Source: Octopus sinensis
Lineage: Eukaryota
Assembly (NCBI RefSeq): GCF_006345805.1
Contig: NC_043009.1
Coordinates: 50,096,001-50,160,000 of the forward strand
DNA: 64,000 bases
Direction of reading: 5' to 3'
Made by a program: the position numbers and the translations under genes
Notes under the pieces: generated by a model
The model's input: only the letters and a program-made list of their open reading frames with translations
Database searches by the model: none
Told to the model about the DNA's origin: nothing
Part shown: in pieces, positions 49,221 through 63,253 of the stretch
How positions within the stretch are numbered: position 1 is the first letter of the stretch
Layout: each line of letters opens with the position of its first letter

Positions 49221-52200
49221 ATCATCCTCCAATTAATCACTGGTACACATTAAAAAAAATATGTAGTATTACAGAAGCCCATTTAATTCCAGCGTGAATT
49301 GAACTTGAAGCAGTGTGGAACCGAACTAAGAGATGCAAAACCTATGATTATAAACTGATAATAAATCCATTTAATGAAAAATAGGTGTATGAAGAATGAT
49401 GTAAGAATGAATGACAAGGATGATGAAGAAATGATGGAGATACAAGGAAGTTGAAAAAGAGAAAAGATATGAAGATATATTCTTATTTCAATCTGACAAA
49501 AATATTAAACATAGAATCCAGGTTTCTGATGTAGATCTACAACATGAATAATTATTTTTTTTTTGTGTTTTTTTTCTTTGTATTTTTGTAGTGGAAAGAA
49601 TAATCATAAGAATTTATAACTACACAAAAAGTTATTTGGGATGAAAAAAAAAAATCGAAAGAAAAAGAAAGAAAGCTTCATTAACCCCAAAGAGGGCACC
49701 CGTTTTCCAGTAAATATGGAAAGAATTCTTAAAAATTAATCTGCCATTAATATTACACTGACAACTTGGCAAATATAAATTGATAATAGCTGCAAATAAG
49801 GGTCGTGGTTTATGTTTGCACTGTTTGCATTGCAGAGAGAGCAGCTTTGTTGTTCTTTTCCTTCTATATTTTTTAATGCATACACATACATACATACATA
49901 CATACATACATACATTTATATATAGTTTTTAATTTCTGATGAAAATGACTCTAAGATGGAAGGAAAGATTAAATAGGAACGGATTTTTTTTCCTTCATCT
50001 CTTTCTCTCTCTTTGTTTTTTATTTATTTATTTTTTTTTTGCAAAAACAGAAACAACAAATGCGAAAGAAAAATCACATGAAAAGCCGATAATTCTAGGT
50101 GAAAAGTCAAAGTGAGAGATTATTTGGCAGAGCGCTGAACAAAAGCTAAAAATCAGATGTTTATCACATGGAATGTTTAAGGAAGAGGAGGAGAAGTAAG
50201 AGGAAAAGAGAGAGGGAGAGACATTTTTCACTCTTAGTGAATTATGAACACTCAGTTGATTGGTCACTCTTCTTCCTTTCTTTTTGTCCCTCCTCTTTCT
50301 TGCATTTTTCTTGTCTGGCTGTTGGCACTGGTTGTTCAGTGACACTAGTTAAATGACCATTAATTATTTTGTCTTTGAAACTTTTGCTAGTCTGACTCCT
50401 GACCCTTTTACTTTTTAGCCTGGCTTCCTTTGGGGAATGTCTTTAACCAAATTGATCAGGATAGCACCAAGTGCATTAATCAGAACCTTCATTTCTGTAT
50501 CTCTACAGCTTACCAGACAATCCAGAAGAAAGACACTCAATCTTCACACAGACAGCTGTTTCGCCTACCCTAAACCATCCTTATTTATCTTCAAACATCA
50601 TCTTTATACAACCAGATCTGCCCATATTGAAGAAAGGAAAATCTAAATAGAACAAAAATATAAAGAATAAATTCAATTATTTATTTCCAGGATTTCCAAA
50701 ACTGTTATCCTTATCAAGTTCCAATTCTACAGTTTAACCCTTCCACCTTCAAATAAAAAGCCTAAACTAGTCATAACAAGTTTGTCAGAGTTCTCAGTCT
50801 TCATTCGGTTCTTTTCTTTTCCAAAATTAACTTTAACAATAACATTATCTAAGGCATCTGTGCAGTTCTTCTAAGATTCCCCGTAGAGAAGAAGAGGAAA
50901 CAGAAAGAATAACAAAGCAAAAAACCAATAAACAATGTTATGATCAACAAGGTTTAGTTGTTTAACAACAATATAAATTCATCTAATACTGTGTCTGTAC
51001 TTTAAGAGGAAATGTTACCAATAGTAATAGTGAAAAACTAACGCTCTGTGCAAAGAGAGCATCATTAACTTCACACAGAAAGTTTAATGACACACTGAAA
51101 ATTGCTTTATATACTTGACTTCACACTGAATATAGTTCTGTCTATTGTTCTGAATACTAGTCTGAAAATGCACAGAAAATTATTCTTTACATTTAAAATC
51201 ACAATGTTTCATTAATTACAACCAGAGGGAAAAGAGATGGTGGAGGAAATCTCTATCCTTCATTGATGTTTTGTAACTTAATATGACTGTCTGGTAGACA
51301 CTTTTTTAAATGATGGTATTGATGATTAAATCCATTTAATATATCATATTACCATAATAAGATATGTAAACACTAAAATAGTTAAGTTTGCAATTGTTAT
51401 CGTTCAGTTTAGCATCTCCAAACATCTCCACCTGACCATAAAGTGCCTTTAGAGGAGTCCAGTCTGTTGCAAGCTTTCACACCAGGTTTGAGTCTGAAGT
51501 CAACTTATTCCTTTCCTCCCAATCTGAGAGTCCTGAAAAGTCCAATGGTCATTCGCCCTGTGGTTAAACTATTGAAAAATATAAGTGCATCTGCCCAGTG
51601 GATATTATTACATATTGTAAATAAAAAAAAAGCATATGTCATGACTACTACATAGACACTTTGCTCTTTAAATGTAAATGGAGTAAATTAAAGCAATAAG
51701 AAACAGTGTTAGCTATTTGCTAAAAGTTTATGAACAAGGTTTTTATCTCATAGAAGTTTCATTGAAACTTACTTAGTATGCAAATGTAGTATACTTCACT
51801 TGCTTTTGTAGTATACTTCACTTGCTTTTGTTGGTCAATATCAGAACCAATTTCTATAAACCAAATTTATAACTGACTACAATATTGAACTATTAAAGCC
51901 CACTTGGTTAAAACGTTTCCAACCATATTCACACTGTTTTTCTATCACTTGCCTATTTACAATTATAGGACCACACTGAGTATCACAAAGCATTGAGTTT
52001 CATAATGCAGTGAAATCTTCTACCTCACATATTTGAAGAACACTTTCATTCATGACAGTGCCTGTTGATCTTGTAACTGATTTGCATACTGAATTTTTCA
52101 GGTTTTCAGAGTTTCAGGATTTATGTTGGTAGTGGTCAAAGAATACAAATCAAACTGACTCTTCTAGCTGCATACAGACTTTCCAGAACTGATACTTATC

Positions 52201-53641
52201 TAATAGAGTTATATCCTATTCAAGGAGATTCATCTCCCATCCAATTAACCTTTACATTACTATATTTCTAATGAATTATACTGCTTTCATTCCAATTAAT
52301 TTTGAAAGGAATAAAGAAACTATTGTTTGGAGCATAAATCAGCATGATATTTTGAGGGAAGGTTTCACTTTAGATCCCTTTAAAACAGGAAGTTTGTTTC
52401 ACAGAACGAGTAGTGTTCTCAGGGTGGTTGGCATCAAAAAGGTTAATACATATTACTGTCCATAGCTAAGAACACATTTGACTGAACCATGAGGCTTTTA
52501 GTGACATACATTATTTCAAATAATAACAAGACAGCATAGCAATAACTGTGAGAAAATAGGCTATTCATTTTATATACACTATCTTTGAAGTAAAAATAAA
52601 TAAATGAATAAATGAATAAACAAACATTAATCCTGAGAAATATGTTTTCAATGTTTAAATTAATTCCAGCAAATAATGACACAAGGCTTTTGAAATGTTT
52701 GCTTTTTGTTTTGTTCCGTTTTCTTTCTTTTTGAATCAGTGTCAAAAGTTAATTCGGATGTCACAATTGTACTGCTAAAAATATTAGTTTCGCTAGTTAG
52801 CACCAACAACTAACTGAAGCCATTAACTGAACCACTCAGGCAGGAAGATGCAGTTGACTTAAGTTAGTAAATACTTCAGTGTTTTTATGCAGACATGTGT
52901 GTTTTGTTTGCGGATGCATACAAGCATATATATATACACACATACATATATATTACACACAAAATGGAAATGTATGTAAAATACAAACTAAAAAAAGCTA
53001 CAAAAGGGAAGTGCTATAGAAAATTATGTTGATTACTTTTTCAGGTGAGATAGATTAAGAAATAAACAAAACACAAACAAGATAATAAATTGGTTTGTCT
53101 GGGAACAACAAATGGTGTGAAATAAAACAAAAGATTTATAAAATAGTTAAGTAGCAAAGGGGGAAATAGTATCAACTGCAAAACAAATTGTTTGTTTATT
53201 TGAATATGCACATCGTAAAGGTTTTAAATACAGAAGGGAAAACTATCTACACATTCCAGATTTTTCAGCCCACCTAATACTCTTGGGTTTAAATGTGGAG
53301 GTTTGAAGAATCTTATTAGCACAGTGCTGAATAATTATTCTTAGAGATATAGAAATAGATATACACCAAAATTTCACATCAGAGCGAAAAGCAAGATATA
53401 ACGCTGTTCACTCAGGTTTCTCCTCTATGCTTACATAAAGACAGAAAGAATAGGTTTGGTTAGAATTTTTGATTATATTTATCACTGGGCTACTCAGACA
53501 GAGTGTTTCAATACAGAAAGAGAACAAAAAACAGATTGGAAAGCATAGGTAAGCTCTGTACTGTTAAAAGTGAGGTGTTTTTCTCATTTTTTCCTATTTT
53601 CTATTTTTTTTAAAATTTCATTTTCACTTTTATTTTTACAG

Positions 53642-53739
53642 AATGTTCTTAAATTTCTGAAGCATTTGTTTCAGGAATTTCTTAAGCCAACTAGATTCCT
53701 ATGCAATCACCAATCATTCAACACCAAAATATAACTTAT
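53642..53739 (+). other. Candidate non-coding spliced exon (5' UTR or lncRNA)
   Basis: Donor AG|GTAAGC at 53549, 93-nt T-rich intron ending TTTTTACAG at 53641, 98-nt exon, donor GTAAGT at 53740; stops in all three frames. Confidence 0.3.
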
Positions 53740-55044
53740 GTAAGTTTACATTGTTTAACACTTGGATCAACAGTTATGAAAGGAAACCTATAACCAAAGG
53801 CATTCCAATAGTGATCATCCCACCTTTTCTTTAGACATGATATATTTTACATTATTCACTGTACCCTTCCCTTTCCAAAGAACAGTGTGTGATCTAAGGG
53901 AGATTTGACAATTATTTCAAATAAGTCAACCAAGAAATTAGTGGCTTCTTTAGTAGGTCATAATGGTATACATTTCTCACCATATGTTTCCTAAGAAAGA
54001 AAAAAATTATTGGCTAAACTGGCAAAATGACCATTACGAAATACAACAATAAAAAAATTATCGTTTCTAGGCAATGGTGCAAGGTTTGAATTGTCAACCT
54101 TTGAGTTAGATTCAGAAGTCCAGTTTATTAGGTATCTTTTACTGTTCTTTAGCAATCAATTAACAAACAGAGAATACTAATTAAGGAGAAAAATTAGTAG
54201 GGATCAACAGATCTACTTCTTTTGAGTGTAAAGGAATCAAAATACTGCTTGATCTGCAGGGCAAAGCCAGAATTCCCATCATGCTATCAACATCATCATT
54301 GTTTTAATGACCACTTTTCCATGCTTGTATGGGCCAGATAGAATTTGTTAGGATAGATTTTCTATGGCCAGCTACCATTCCTGTATCAACCCTCACTTGT
54401 TTTCAAGCAAGGAAATATTTTCCCTTTGTCTTGACGTGTTGTCATGGAAGACTAGAAGAGTGAATGAGTGAGTGAACGAGTGTGTATGTGTGTGTATGTG
54501 TGTGTATGCTGGATGCTTTTATATATAAATAGGTACAATGTGCAATGAGTAAATTCATAAAAGAGTTAGCAAAATTGCATGTGTAAATTCTTCTATAATG
54601 AAAGATAAAGCAAAGAGAGGCAAAGTACTTTGAACACTAAATAGACACTGAAAATACCAATTTCTCTATTAGATTATTGCAATCCCAATTCAAATAGTAC
54701 ACAACTAGGTGACCAGTTAAGGTAAACAGTAAGTAGCTGCATATTTTAAAGAAAGAATAAGCAGGCCAGTATAGGATAATAAGATAGTAGAGTGCCTTGA
54801 TTATAGGAATTGGTTTTCTGCACTTGCATTTTCATCAGCAATAATTACATTGATCTCTTTCTGTCTTAGATGTTGTTTAGGTGAAGCTTATATAATTTAG
54901 TGTTGCACAGAGATGTAGTAAGTACTGACAGAAAAAAAGAAAAAAAACTAGTATGGTGCAATTTATCGAAACCAAGCATTGTCATGTTTGAATATCAGCA
55001 GAATGAGTCAAAATTGTTGAGAATATTTAGTAGCAAAATGTAAG

Positions 55045-55045
55045 A

Positions 55046-55129
<84 letters not shown>

Positions 55130-55160
55130 TAGTAGTAGTTGTAGTAGTAGTAGTAGTTGT
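55045..55160. repeat. Compound (TAG)n(CAG)n(TAG)n microsatellite
   Basis: Directly visible; explains the poly-L and poly-T/A ORFs. Confidence 0.95.
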
Positions 55161-55169
55161 AAAAGCAGT

Positions 55170-55555
55170 AGTAGTATGGCAAAAGGCACCGTAGGAGCAT
55201 GTTGTTGCACTCACCATGTATTGGTGAATCCCTACAACTCCTGGAGGATGGTGCCCTTGCACCACTCAGGTGATAACCCCTCAGCTCATGGGTGTGTTTA
55301 GGTAGGCGTTGCTGGTGAGCGTTTTATGAAGTTGGAATGCAAATCCTATTTCAACCTCTTTTAGTCACCCTTTATGACAAGCAGAGGAAATGCTGGCTCT
55401 ATTCTTTGATATACCGATCACCACACAGCACTAGAACAACGTGAAAGGAAGCATTTTTACTCAAGAACATAACACACCACCTGGTTCAAGAATCAAACCC
55501 ATAATCTGGTGATCACGAGTGCAACATCCTAACCACTAGGCCATGCCTTCACATA
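55170..55555 (-). mobile_element. Old tRNA-headed SINE
   Basis: Head rc GGCATGGCCTAGTGGTTAGG at ~55527-55547 and CORE-like TTCTTGAGTAAAAATGCTT; body decayed. Confidence 0.55.
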
Positions 55556-56994
55556 TGAGGTAATAACTCTGAAGAATACAACATAGGATTTTATTATCTA
55601 AGAAGGCAAAGCATCAAATTAAGTAGATATGCAATATTACTTTAACATGGAAAGTGGAGAAATAAGTTACATAATCAAACTTTGACAGAGGAAAATTTCT
55701 CAAGGAGAGAAGCTAGTAGAGCTTTGGGTCTACTCAAAACTAAATTGAGAATCTATGAGAGTATTGAAATTATTGAATACCTCAGAATAGGTCCAACTAA
55801 ATAAGACTGAAGATTTGACAAGCTTTGTGTAAAATAATGAAAATGGTTCTGACTATAACAGTTCACATTACAAAGGAAGTGAATGGGATATTAGAGGGAA
55901 TGGGCATGCATGTGTGTGCATGTGTGTGCATGTGTGTGCATGTGTGTGTGTTTGTGTGTGTTTGTGTGCATACGCGTGCACACTAATACAAAAAAGTGCA
56001 TGCATATCTGAGTATGTTACTAGTAATAGACAAAGAGTTTCATGTTTGTTGGTGCCTGAATAGAATTTTATGAGAAAGAAAAAGATATATTCTTTACAGG
56101 AACTATAACTATTTTCTTGATCTCCCTATATCTGTCAGTCAATGTATTACAAAAAAAAAAATTGCGAAGAAAAATGAGAAAATATAGAAATACCGAGGAA
56201 TATATTACCTAAAAGTTGGAGTCTACTGACAGATTGACCAAATTCTTTATATTTACTCTTTTTTATTGATAACCTGATCCATAACTCTGTGTATGTGCAG
56301 TGTCATAATCATTTAGCTATTTTCAAATCTTTGTGCGGCCATTATGTTTGAAGACTTGTAACTGCTGCCAAGCACACAAGTTAAGAAATGACAAATAAGT
56401 AAATTTGGTTTCATCCTATTCCATGCAAGTGCATAAAATCCTTACTTATGAAGAACCTCTATGTGGTCACTAGATCTACTAGAAATAGCAGCCAAGTCCA
56501 CTTCAAGCTTTATGCTACCCTCTTAAAATGAAGTGACACACTGGCTAATAGAGTCGTTGGAATTTGAAAATGATGGCTTGTTTGTGTCTGGAATACCTTT
56601 TGTCATAGACTAGCTCAATCGTGACAAGAACTTGCACAAAGGTGATTAATTAAGGGAACAAACAGAATACAGAAGTTATTGTTTCTAATTTACACACAAG
56701 GCCAGCAATGTTTAGGGGGTGTAGGTTAAGTAATATCCTTGAACCCCGTCTGTGACTAGTACTTTATTGAGAGTTGAAAGACAAAGTTAATCTCAACAAA
56801 ATTTGAACTCAGAATGCAAAGACCCATAGGAACTACCACAAGATATTTCTTCTGCAACTTCAATGTGAACATTTATTGCTAAGTTTTTGTTTCCATTCTC
56901 TAACTAAAAGGGAAATTTCAATTAAGTGAGAATACAGGGATGCTTCAACTTACATCATTTTGAGTTATGTCATTTTTAACTTTGTGTCATTGTT

Positions 56995-57222
56995 TTAACC
57001 CTTTCATTACTGTATTTATTTTGAGATGCTCTGTGTTTCTTTCAATTACTATAAATGTAACAAAGAATTTAGTAAAATAACTTAGTTATCATTCAGTTAG
57101 TGTTAGGAACATAAATTGTGACTAAGGTTTGGTGGAAGATTTTAATTCAAAACTTATGAAAACAAGACATTTGTACTCAGAGCCAGAGCCGGTTTCAGCC
57201 GGGTTGGTAACGAAAGGGTTAA
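56995..57222 (+). mobile_element. piggyBac-like MITE P1
   Basis: TTAA TSDs at 56995-56998 and 57219-57222; near-identical to 20273-20500. Confidence 0.92.
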
Positions 57223-58691
57223 AGAAATTAATAGTAATATAAGACTTAACTTAGTCAATTTATTCAAATTTATTTCTGTGTCAGCAAACATTTAAAAGTA
57301 TAAGAATTTAAAAAATGCTTAAGAGCCTACACTAAAGAGGAAAAATCAAATATATGGGGAAACGCTTACAAATCATTTATTACAGCAGATATAAACTAAT
57401 AAACATTTTAAATGTTATTTTTCATGTTATGTCATTTCTCGAGTAAATTGCATGTCTTGGAACGAATTATCAGTGTAAGTTGAAGTATGTCTGTATTTGG
57501 CTAATGCTATTATCATCCCTTAACATATTCTAAAACAGTTTATACCATGTTGAAATGAGTTTTAGCTAATTGGCAAAGAATTCAATCCAAGCTATTATAA
57601 CCTTCAGTTATTTCTTCTAACCTCCATTATTCTATGGTCAGTTGTAGCTAAGCCATTAGAATTTTTCTTTGATCTGCCTCTTACCAAATCATCACATGCC
57701 AACAAGGGAGCCTTTTCACAGTCATCCTATCCTACTAGAAACAACAACAAAATCTCCCTCCAGTCGTACCCTATTGACTTAAAAAGAGAAGGCCACATTA
57801 GATAATGTGCTCCTGGATGTACACTCCTGGCTAAAAAAAAGACATGATGATTATAGCTTGAACACCTTTGATCAAGTATCTGCAGCATGATCAAAGATGA
57901 ACTGAGGGTGAACAACAACAACAACAATCAAAAATTCATCAGGGAATCTTTCAGTTTAAATGCTATCATCCTATTACTCAATGTCCAAATTGCCAGCGGT
58001 CTCTTTCTTCCTGTCATACAAAGCATTAATAAAAATCCTATTAACCTATGATATTTACAAATCCCCAAAAATATTCCTTTTAAGACACTGTTTCATTTTA
58101 CTTACAAGTTCTTTAATATTATTAATATATTAGAACATGTTGATGGATTGCAAGAATCATTAGTGCCATACAAAATGTGTTAGATTCTGAGTTCAAATTC
58201 CACTGAGGTCAATTTTTACCTTTCATCCATCTGAGATCAATAAATAAATATAAAATTCTTGTGGGTGGGGGACTTACTTGACTATATTCACCCCAAAATA
58301 TGAGAATTTTTGCCAATGTTAGAAATCATTATATAAAGAGCACATCTGAATGGTAGAAGGATAACAGACATTACAGTACCTAACAGAATTTAACGACATT
58401 CATAACTAGCTCACTTCCATATGACTGACCACTTTGATTGCATCCAGATAAACCTCATATGTTGTATTCAATGTAAACTTTCAGTTCCTTTTCATGTGGG
58501 TAAAATTGGACATGGTTTAAGTAACTGATTTTGTGAACTCCTTTGTGATTGTGATTGCAGATGACCCAGTTCATTATTTTTGTATATAAAGGATAGCACT
58601 ATCCAGTGTTTCCCTCTTCTTGTGAGCAACTGATACTTGAAATAAAAATGATTTAGTAGCTATTTCTGGCATACTGTATAATGTTATGGAG

Positions 58692-58841
58692 CAGGCATGG
58701 TAACTCTTTTTGAGAAGTGGGCTTCATGAGTCACAATCAAGCAAGCTGCACAACTAAAAAAAATTAAGGTCTTTTTTTTGCTAGGCATGCCATTCAGAAA
58801 ATCTTACAAGCAGCCTACAGACTGCAGTTTTCCCATGTCTG
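58692..58841. mobile_element. Old hAT-like MITE (~150 bp)
   Basis: Imperfect TIRs CAGGCATGGTAACT / AGTTTTCCCATGTCTG; 8-bp flanks TTATGGAG and TTACAGAG (6/8). Confidence 0.5.
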
Positions 58842-59229
58842 TTACAGAGGTTCTTTCACTTGTAGCCACATGTGGTTGTTTGGGCATGCATGTATGAATG
58901 AAAGAACATGAGGACGGGCAGTACCCATGAGATTTTTCAAAACCTCTAAGTCTGGTAGGAAGGAGGGAGGAAAATAACCTAAACAGAAGACCTGGCCTGA
59001 ATGCTTACAACAGAGTGGATTCACAAAAAGGCACCTGAGGATCAGATAGTAGTGCTCAACCAGGGGATGAATTAAGTTTGCAACTCAGTGTGTGTGTGAT
59101 CATGTGCGTAGATCTACCAAATATATTTTTTAAAAACTATGCAATATATGGAAAATATTGCTTGTGTGAGACTTGAACAAATGATACCTATCCAAAGACA
59201 TGCACATGCGCGTGCACACACACACACAC

Positions 59230-59260
<31 letters not shown>

Positions 59261-59970
59261 CATACACACACGGAGCCAATATCAGTGAGGCCTAGCATTT
59301 GCAACGAGTCTGAGACCTCTAATTGCATGATGCTCGTTTTTATGTGACATATATTGTATTATTTTCTTGCAATGTGTAGTGACTGTGTCTTTGTGCTGGT
59401 AAAAGAAACAAATTGATATGGCCTAATTCACAGATCTTTTTGAGGTCCTTGTTCATGGTCAATGCAGATTTAACATGAAGCATCTAGATTGCAAGTAGAC
59501 AATGCTTGCACATGGAGAATTAGGAAGGAATGAAGATGCTGCTATCTACATAGGAATGAGTATTGTTGGCAGTGAATGGAACCATCACATATATTAGGGA
59601 TACTGTGTGGGACAAAATTGAATCTTGGGCACACCAGAGTTGGTCAGAGAAAACTCCATTAGCACCTATCATGACAGTGTACTTTGAATAAATGCCACAA
59701 ATTTAAGACACAAAGAAAAGCAAGTGGAGCCCACATATGGGCTACATAGCATGTCTTCTCCACACTATCCATTGTAATCCAGGTAAAAGCAGATGCTCTA
59801 TTTCCCTCTCTGCACACTATCCCTGAAGAGATTGGAGGAGGAGAGAAAAACCTCTCCTTTTTTTCTATTGTATCTACTGTTTGTTTCCCTCATCTCCCTT
59901 CTTAGGTTGGATTCCTTACTATTTTGAGAGCCCCTACGTTCAAGTGTTACACCACACACACACACACATA

Positions 59971-60004
<34 letters not shown>

Positions 60005-62321
60005 ATCTGTTTTGCATTGTAAGTTGAACTTCCATTCACTGACCACTCACATATCTTGTAGAACAACATCTATATGGTTGACCACCTGTTAAAAATTACA
60101 TCTTGCTGTTTTTAGAAGAGAAGGCTACATTGGATAATAAGCTGACCTTGGAGAAGAATAAGCTGACCTTGGCTGGAATGTATTTGATCATAGATCAGCT
60201 CAACCAGGGGTGACACAGGACTAAAAACAAAACAACTTCTATTTACTGACCACTATCATAGAATAACATCCATCCACTAACCACACATATCTTCCTCACA
60301 GAGCAACATTCATTACCTGACCATATCCTACCCAAACACAAATATACATTACCTAATCATTCATCCAACAATCCAACCATCCACTAACATCATATCAAAT
60401 GGCTGTTCTTCAAACCACTATAGCACCATAGCAACCAAAAAATAAATAATCAAAACATAAGTAAATAAACTGTTAAGTGATAATCATTTATAAGAAGAAA
60501 AGAAAGTAAGAATCAATGAAGAAAGTAAACTGTTTGATAGCAGTAATGAAGTTTCTTGTGATGAAGGCAACACTTACAAAACAGATGTTACAGCTAATTT
60601 GTTGTTTACATTGAATTGCTGTACACATTTGAATAGACGAGTTAATACAAGCTTTAGTCATAAGAATAAATAAATATATACATAAATAAAATAAAACCAG
60701 ATTAAAGAGAATTGTTTTTAAATAATTAAAATCAGATTTTATATGTATATGGGAGTGTATGTGTTATACTGTATGTGTGTGTGTGTGTGTGTGTGTGTCA
60801 GGGTGTATTTTCATCAAATTCTAGTTATTAATTTCTTTTCAAACTATATTATGTTCATAAATTGAAATTACTCACTATAAAAGAGAAAAAGGTCTTTTGA
60901 ACTAAAAGATATAGAGAATAGATGGGAAAACACTAGGTTTTGTTTAATATTTATAGAACTATTAAAAAAAAAACCAAGCTGGGATCAATTTTTATATATT
61001 TACACATATATTTCCTTTCCTTATCTCTTTCTATCTTTTATGTATATTTTTATTCCTATTTTTTTAAATATGTTTTTCTTCTAACTCCTTTCTAAGTATT
61101 TGATAAAACAAAGTTAAAATATATATATATGAAATCCTAAAAACTGATCTGAATGTCAAAAACCTTCAAAAATCATTTCCTAAAAGGACAGAAATCCAAT
61201 CATGAAAATCAATAATTCAATAAGTGAAAGGTTACAAAAGAAAACATATATAGAAAAAAATATAAAAATAAATAAAAGAAAAAAGAAAGTGAGAATCAAT
61301 TTTGAAATTTTGTGTTTGAGTTTTATTGTCAGGAATTATTGACAGGAAATTAACAGCTAACGATAATACAAGAGACAAAACAACAACAGTTGTATGAGCG
61401 GTAGCAACAACATCAACAACAATAAACCAATACACTAAAAGAGGAGTGAGATAAGGGTGGTAGTTGTGTTGGGGTGGTGGTGTATGTAGAGGTGTTGAGT
61501 GGGATATACTGAAAGAAGAGGGAGTGCATAGATAGAGAAGAGGGAAGCAAAGGGAATATTTAGGAAATGTATAGAATATTAGAAAGAGCTAAAAGGTATA
61601 CTACACAGGGACTGTTAAAGAAATAATTGAACACTGAAAGATAAAACATTTAAAAGTTACCGATGCAGAAATACTGGGCGTCTGTTAACGATACAGTTGC
61701 ATAGAGACACAACAACAACAACTTAACAACAGCAACATAACAAAAAGAAAAAGACAGCTACACAAGCAACAATGTAGGAAAATTGCATTGATTTCCAAAA
61801 TGCATTTCTCAATGAATATGCACACAGCTGAACTAATTACAGCTTATTTCCGAGTTAAGAAATAAGGAATTCTGAGGTCTGTGTACCATGAACCAAGTTC
61901 CAAACATCTGCTGCTGCTGTATAATTCTGTCAGGCATGTCACTATTTTGACCCCACCCAGGAAATTTCTTTATCATTTTATTTATTGAATTTTTGAAATT
62001 TAAAAATTGAAAATTAAAACAAAAAGCAATGTTTAGAAACTAAAACCTGTAAATATATTTACAGCATGAAGTTTTTAATTTTCAACTTTGAGAATCATCA
62101 TTTTTACTGGTTGAAAATTTAAATTCTTTCAATTCAAAACGGTAAGGAATTAATAGGGTTCAATAATAGTAAGCATTTCTTTTTCTACATTTCCAAAGAT
62201 TTTGACTACTTCTAAAACAACAGTTTAATAATTGCCACCCATAACAAGAACAATATAAACACATAAGAGAGTTATTTTTAAATAACATATGAGCAAAATA
62301 AATAAATATTAAATAAATAAT

Positions 62322-62731
62322 AGGCACAGGAGTGGCTGTGTGGTAAGTAGCTTGCTAACCAGCCACATGGTTCCGGGTTCAGTCCCACTGCATGGCATCT
62401 TGGGCAAGTGTCTTCTGCTATAGCCTTGGGCCGACCAATGCCTTATGAGTGGATTTGGTAGACAGAAACTGAAAGAAGCCTGTCGTATATATGTATATAT
62501 ATATATATGTATGTGTGTGTTTGTGTGTCTGTGTTTGCCCCCCTAGCATTGCTTGACAACCGATGCTGGTGTGTTTACGTCCCCGTCACTTAGCAGTTCG
62601 GCAAAAGAGACCGATAGAATAAGTACTGGGCTTACAAAGAATAAGTCCCGGGGTCGATTTGCTCGACTAACGGCGGTGCTCCAGCATGGCTGCAGTCAAA
62701 TGACTGAAACAAGTAAAAGAGTAAAAGAGTA
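62322..62731 (+). mobile_element. Young full-length SINE family A
   Basis: Intact structure; tail (GTAAAAGA)n; possible low-complexity TSD TAAATAAATAA at 62310-62320 and 62730-62740. Confidence 0.92.
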
Positions 62732-62894
62732 AATAAATAAATAGTAATAACAATAAAAGAACCCAAATACTAAGCAAAAATATCACTACTTTAAATATAT
62801 ACTGATAAACTGCAGCTCATTACAGTAGAAATCTCCCTGTACATTAAAAATACAAAGTCCTGTCTTACTTTATTGCTATCACTAAAGATTAGTA

Positions 62895-63209
62895 ATGAGT
62901 AAAGGATAGAAGGCAAAGTTGACCCCGGTGGAATTTGAACTCAGATCATAAAGATGGATGAAATGCCACTAAGCAGTTTGTCTGGCATGCTAATGACTCT
63001 GCTAGCTCCCTGCTTTTTAATACTAATTACAATAATAATCATAATAATGGTTTGACATTTTTGCACAAGGCCAGCAATTTCGAGAGAGAGAGGTTAATTA
63101 CATCAACCTCAGTGCTCAACTGGTACTCATTTTATCAACACCTAAAAGGATGGGAACAAAGTCAGCCCTTGTGAGTTATGAACTCAGAACATAAAGAGCA
63201 ATAATAATG

Positions 63210-63253
<44 letters not shown>

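Noticed and set aside
51412-51655. ~80-codon plus-strand frame (HLQTSPPDHKVPLEESS...)
   Set aside because: Mediocre acceptor, runs through an A8 tract, no recognisable domain
51785-51830. Perfect 22-bp tandem duplication
   Set aside because: Real, but an ordinary slippage duplication with no further structure
59280-59800. Possible LINE endonuclease or transposase remnant
   Set aside because: Only vague motif resemblance with stops in all frames; I cannot assign it without a translated search
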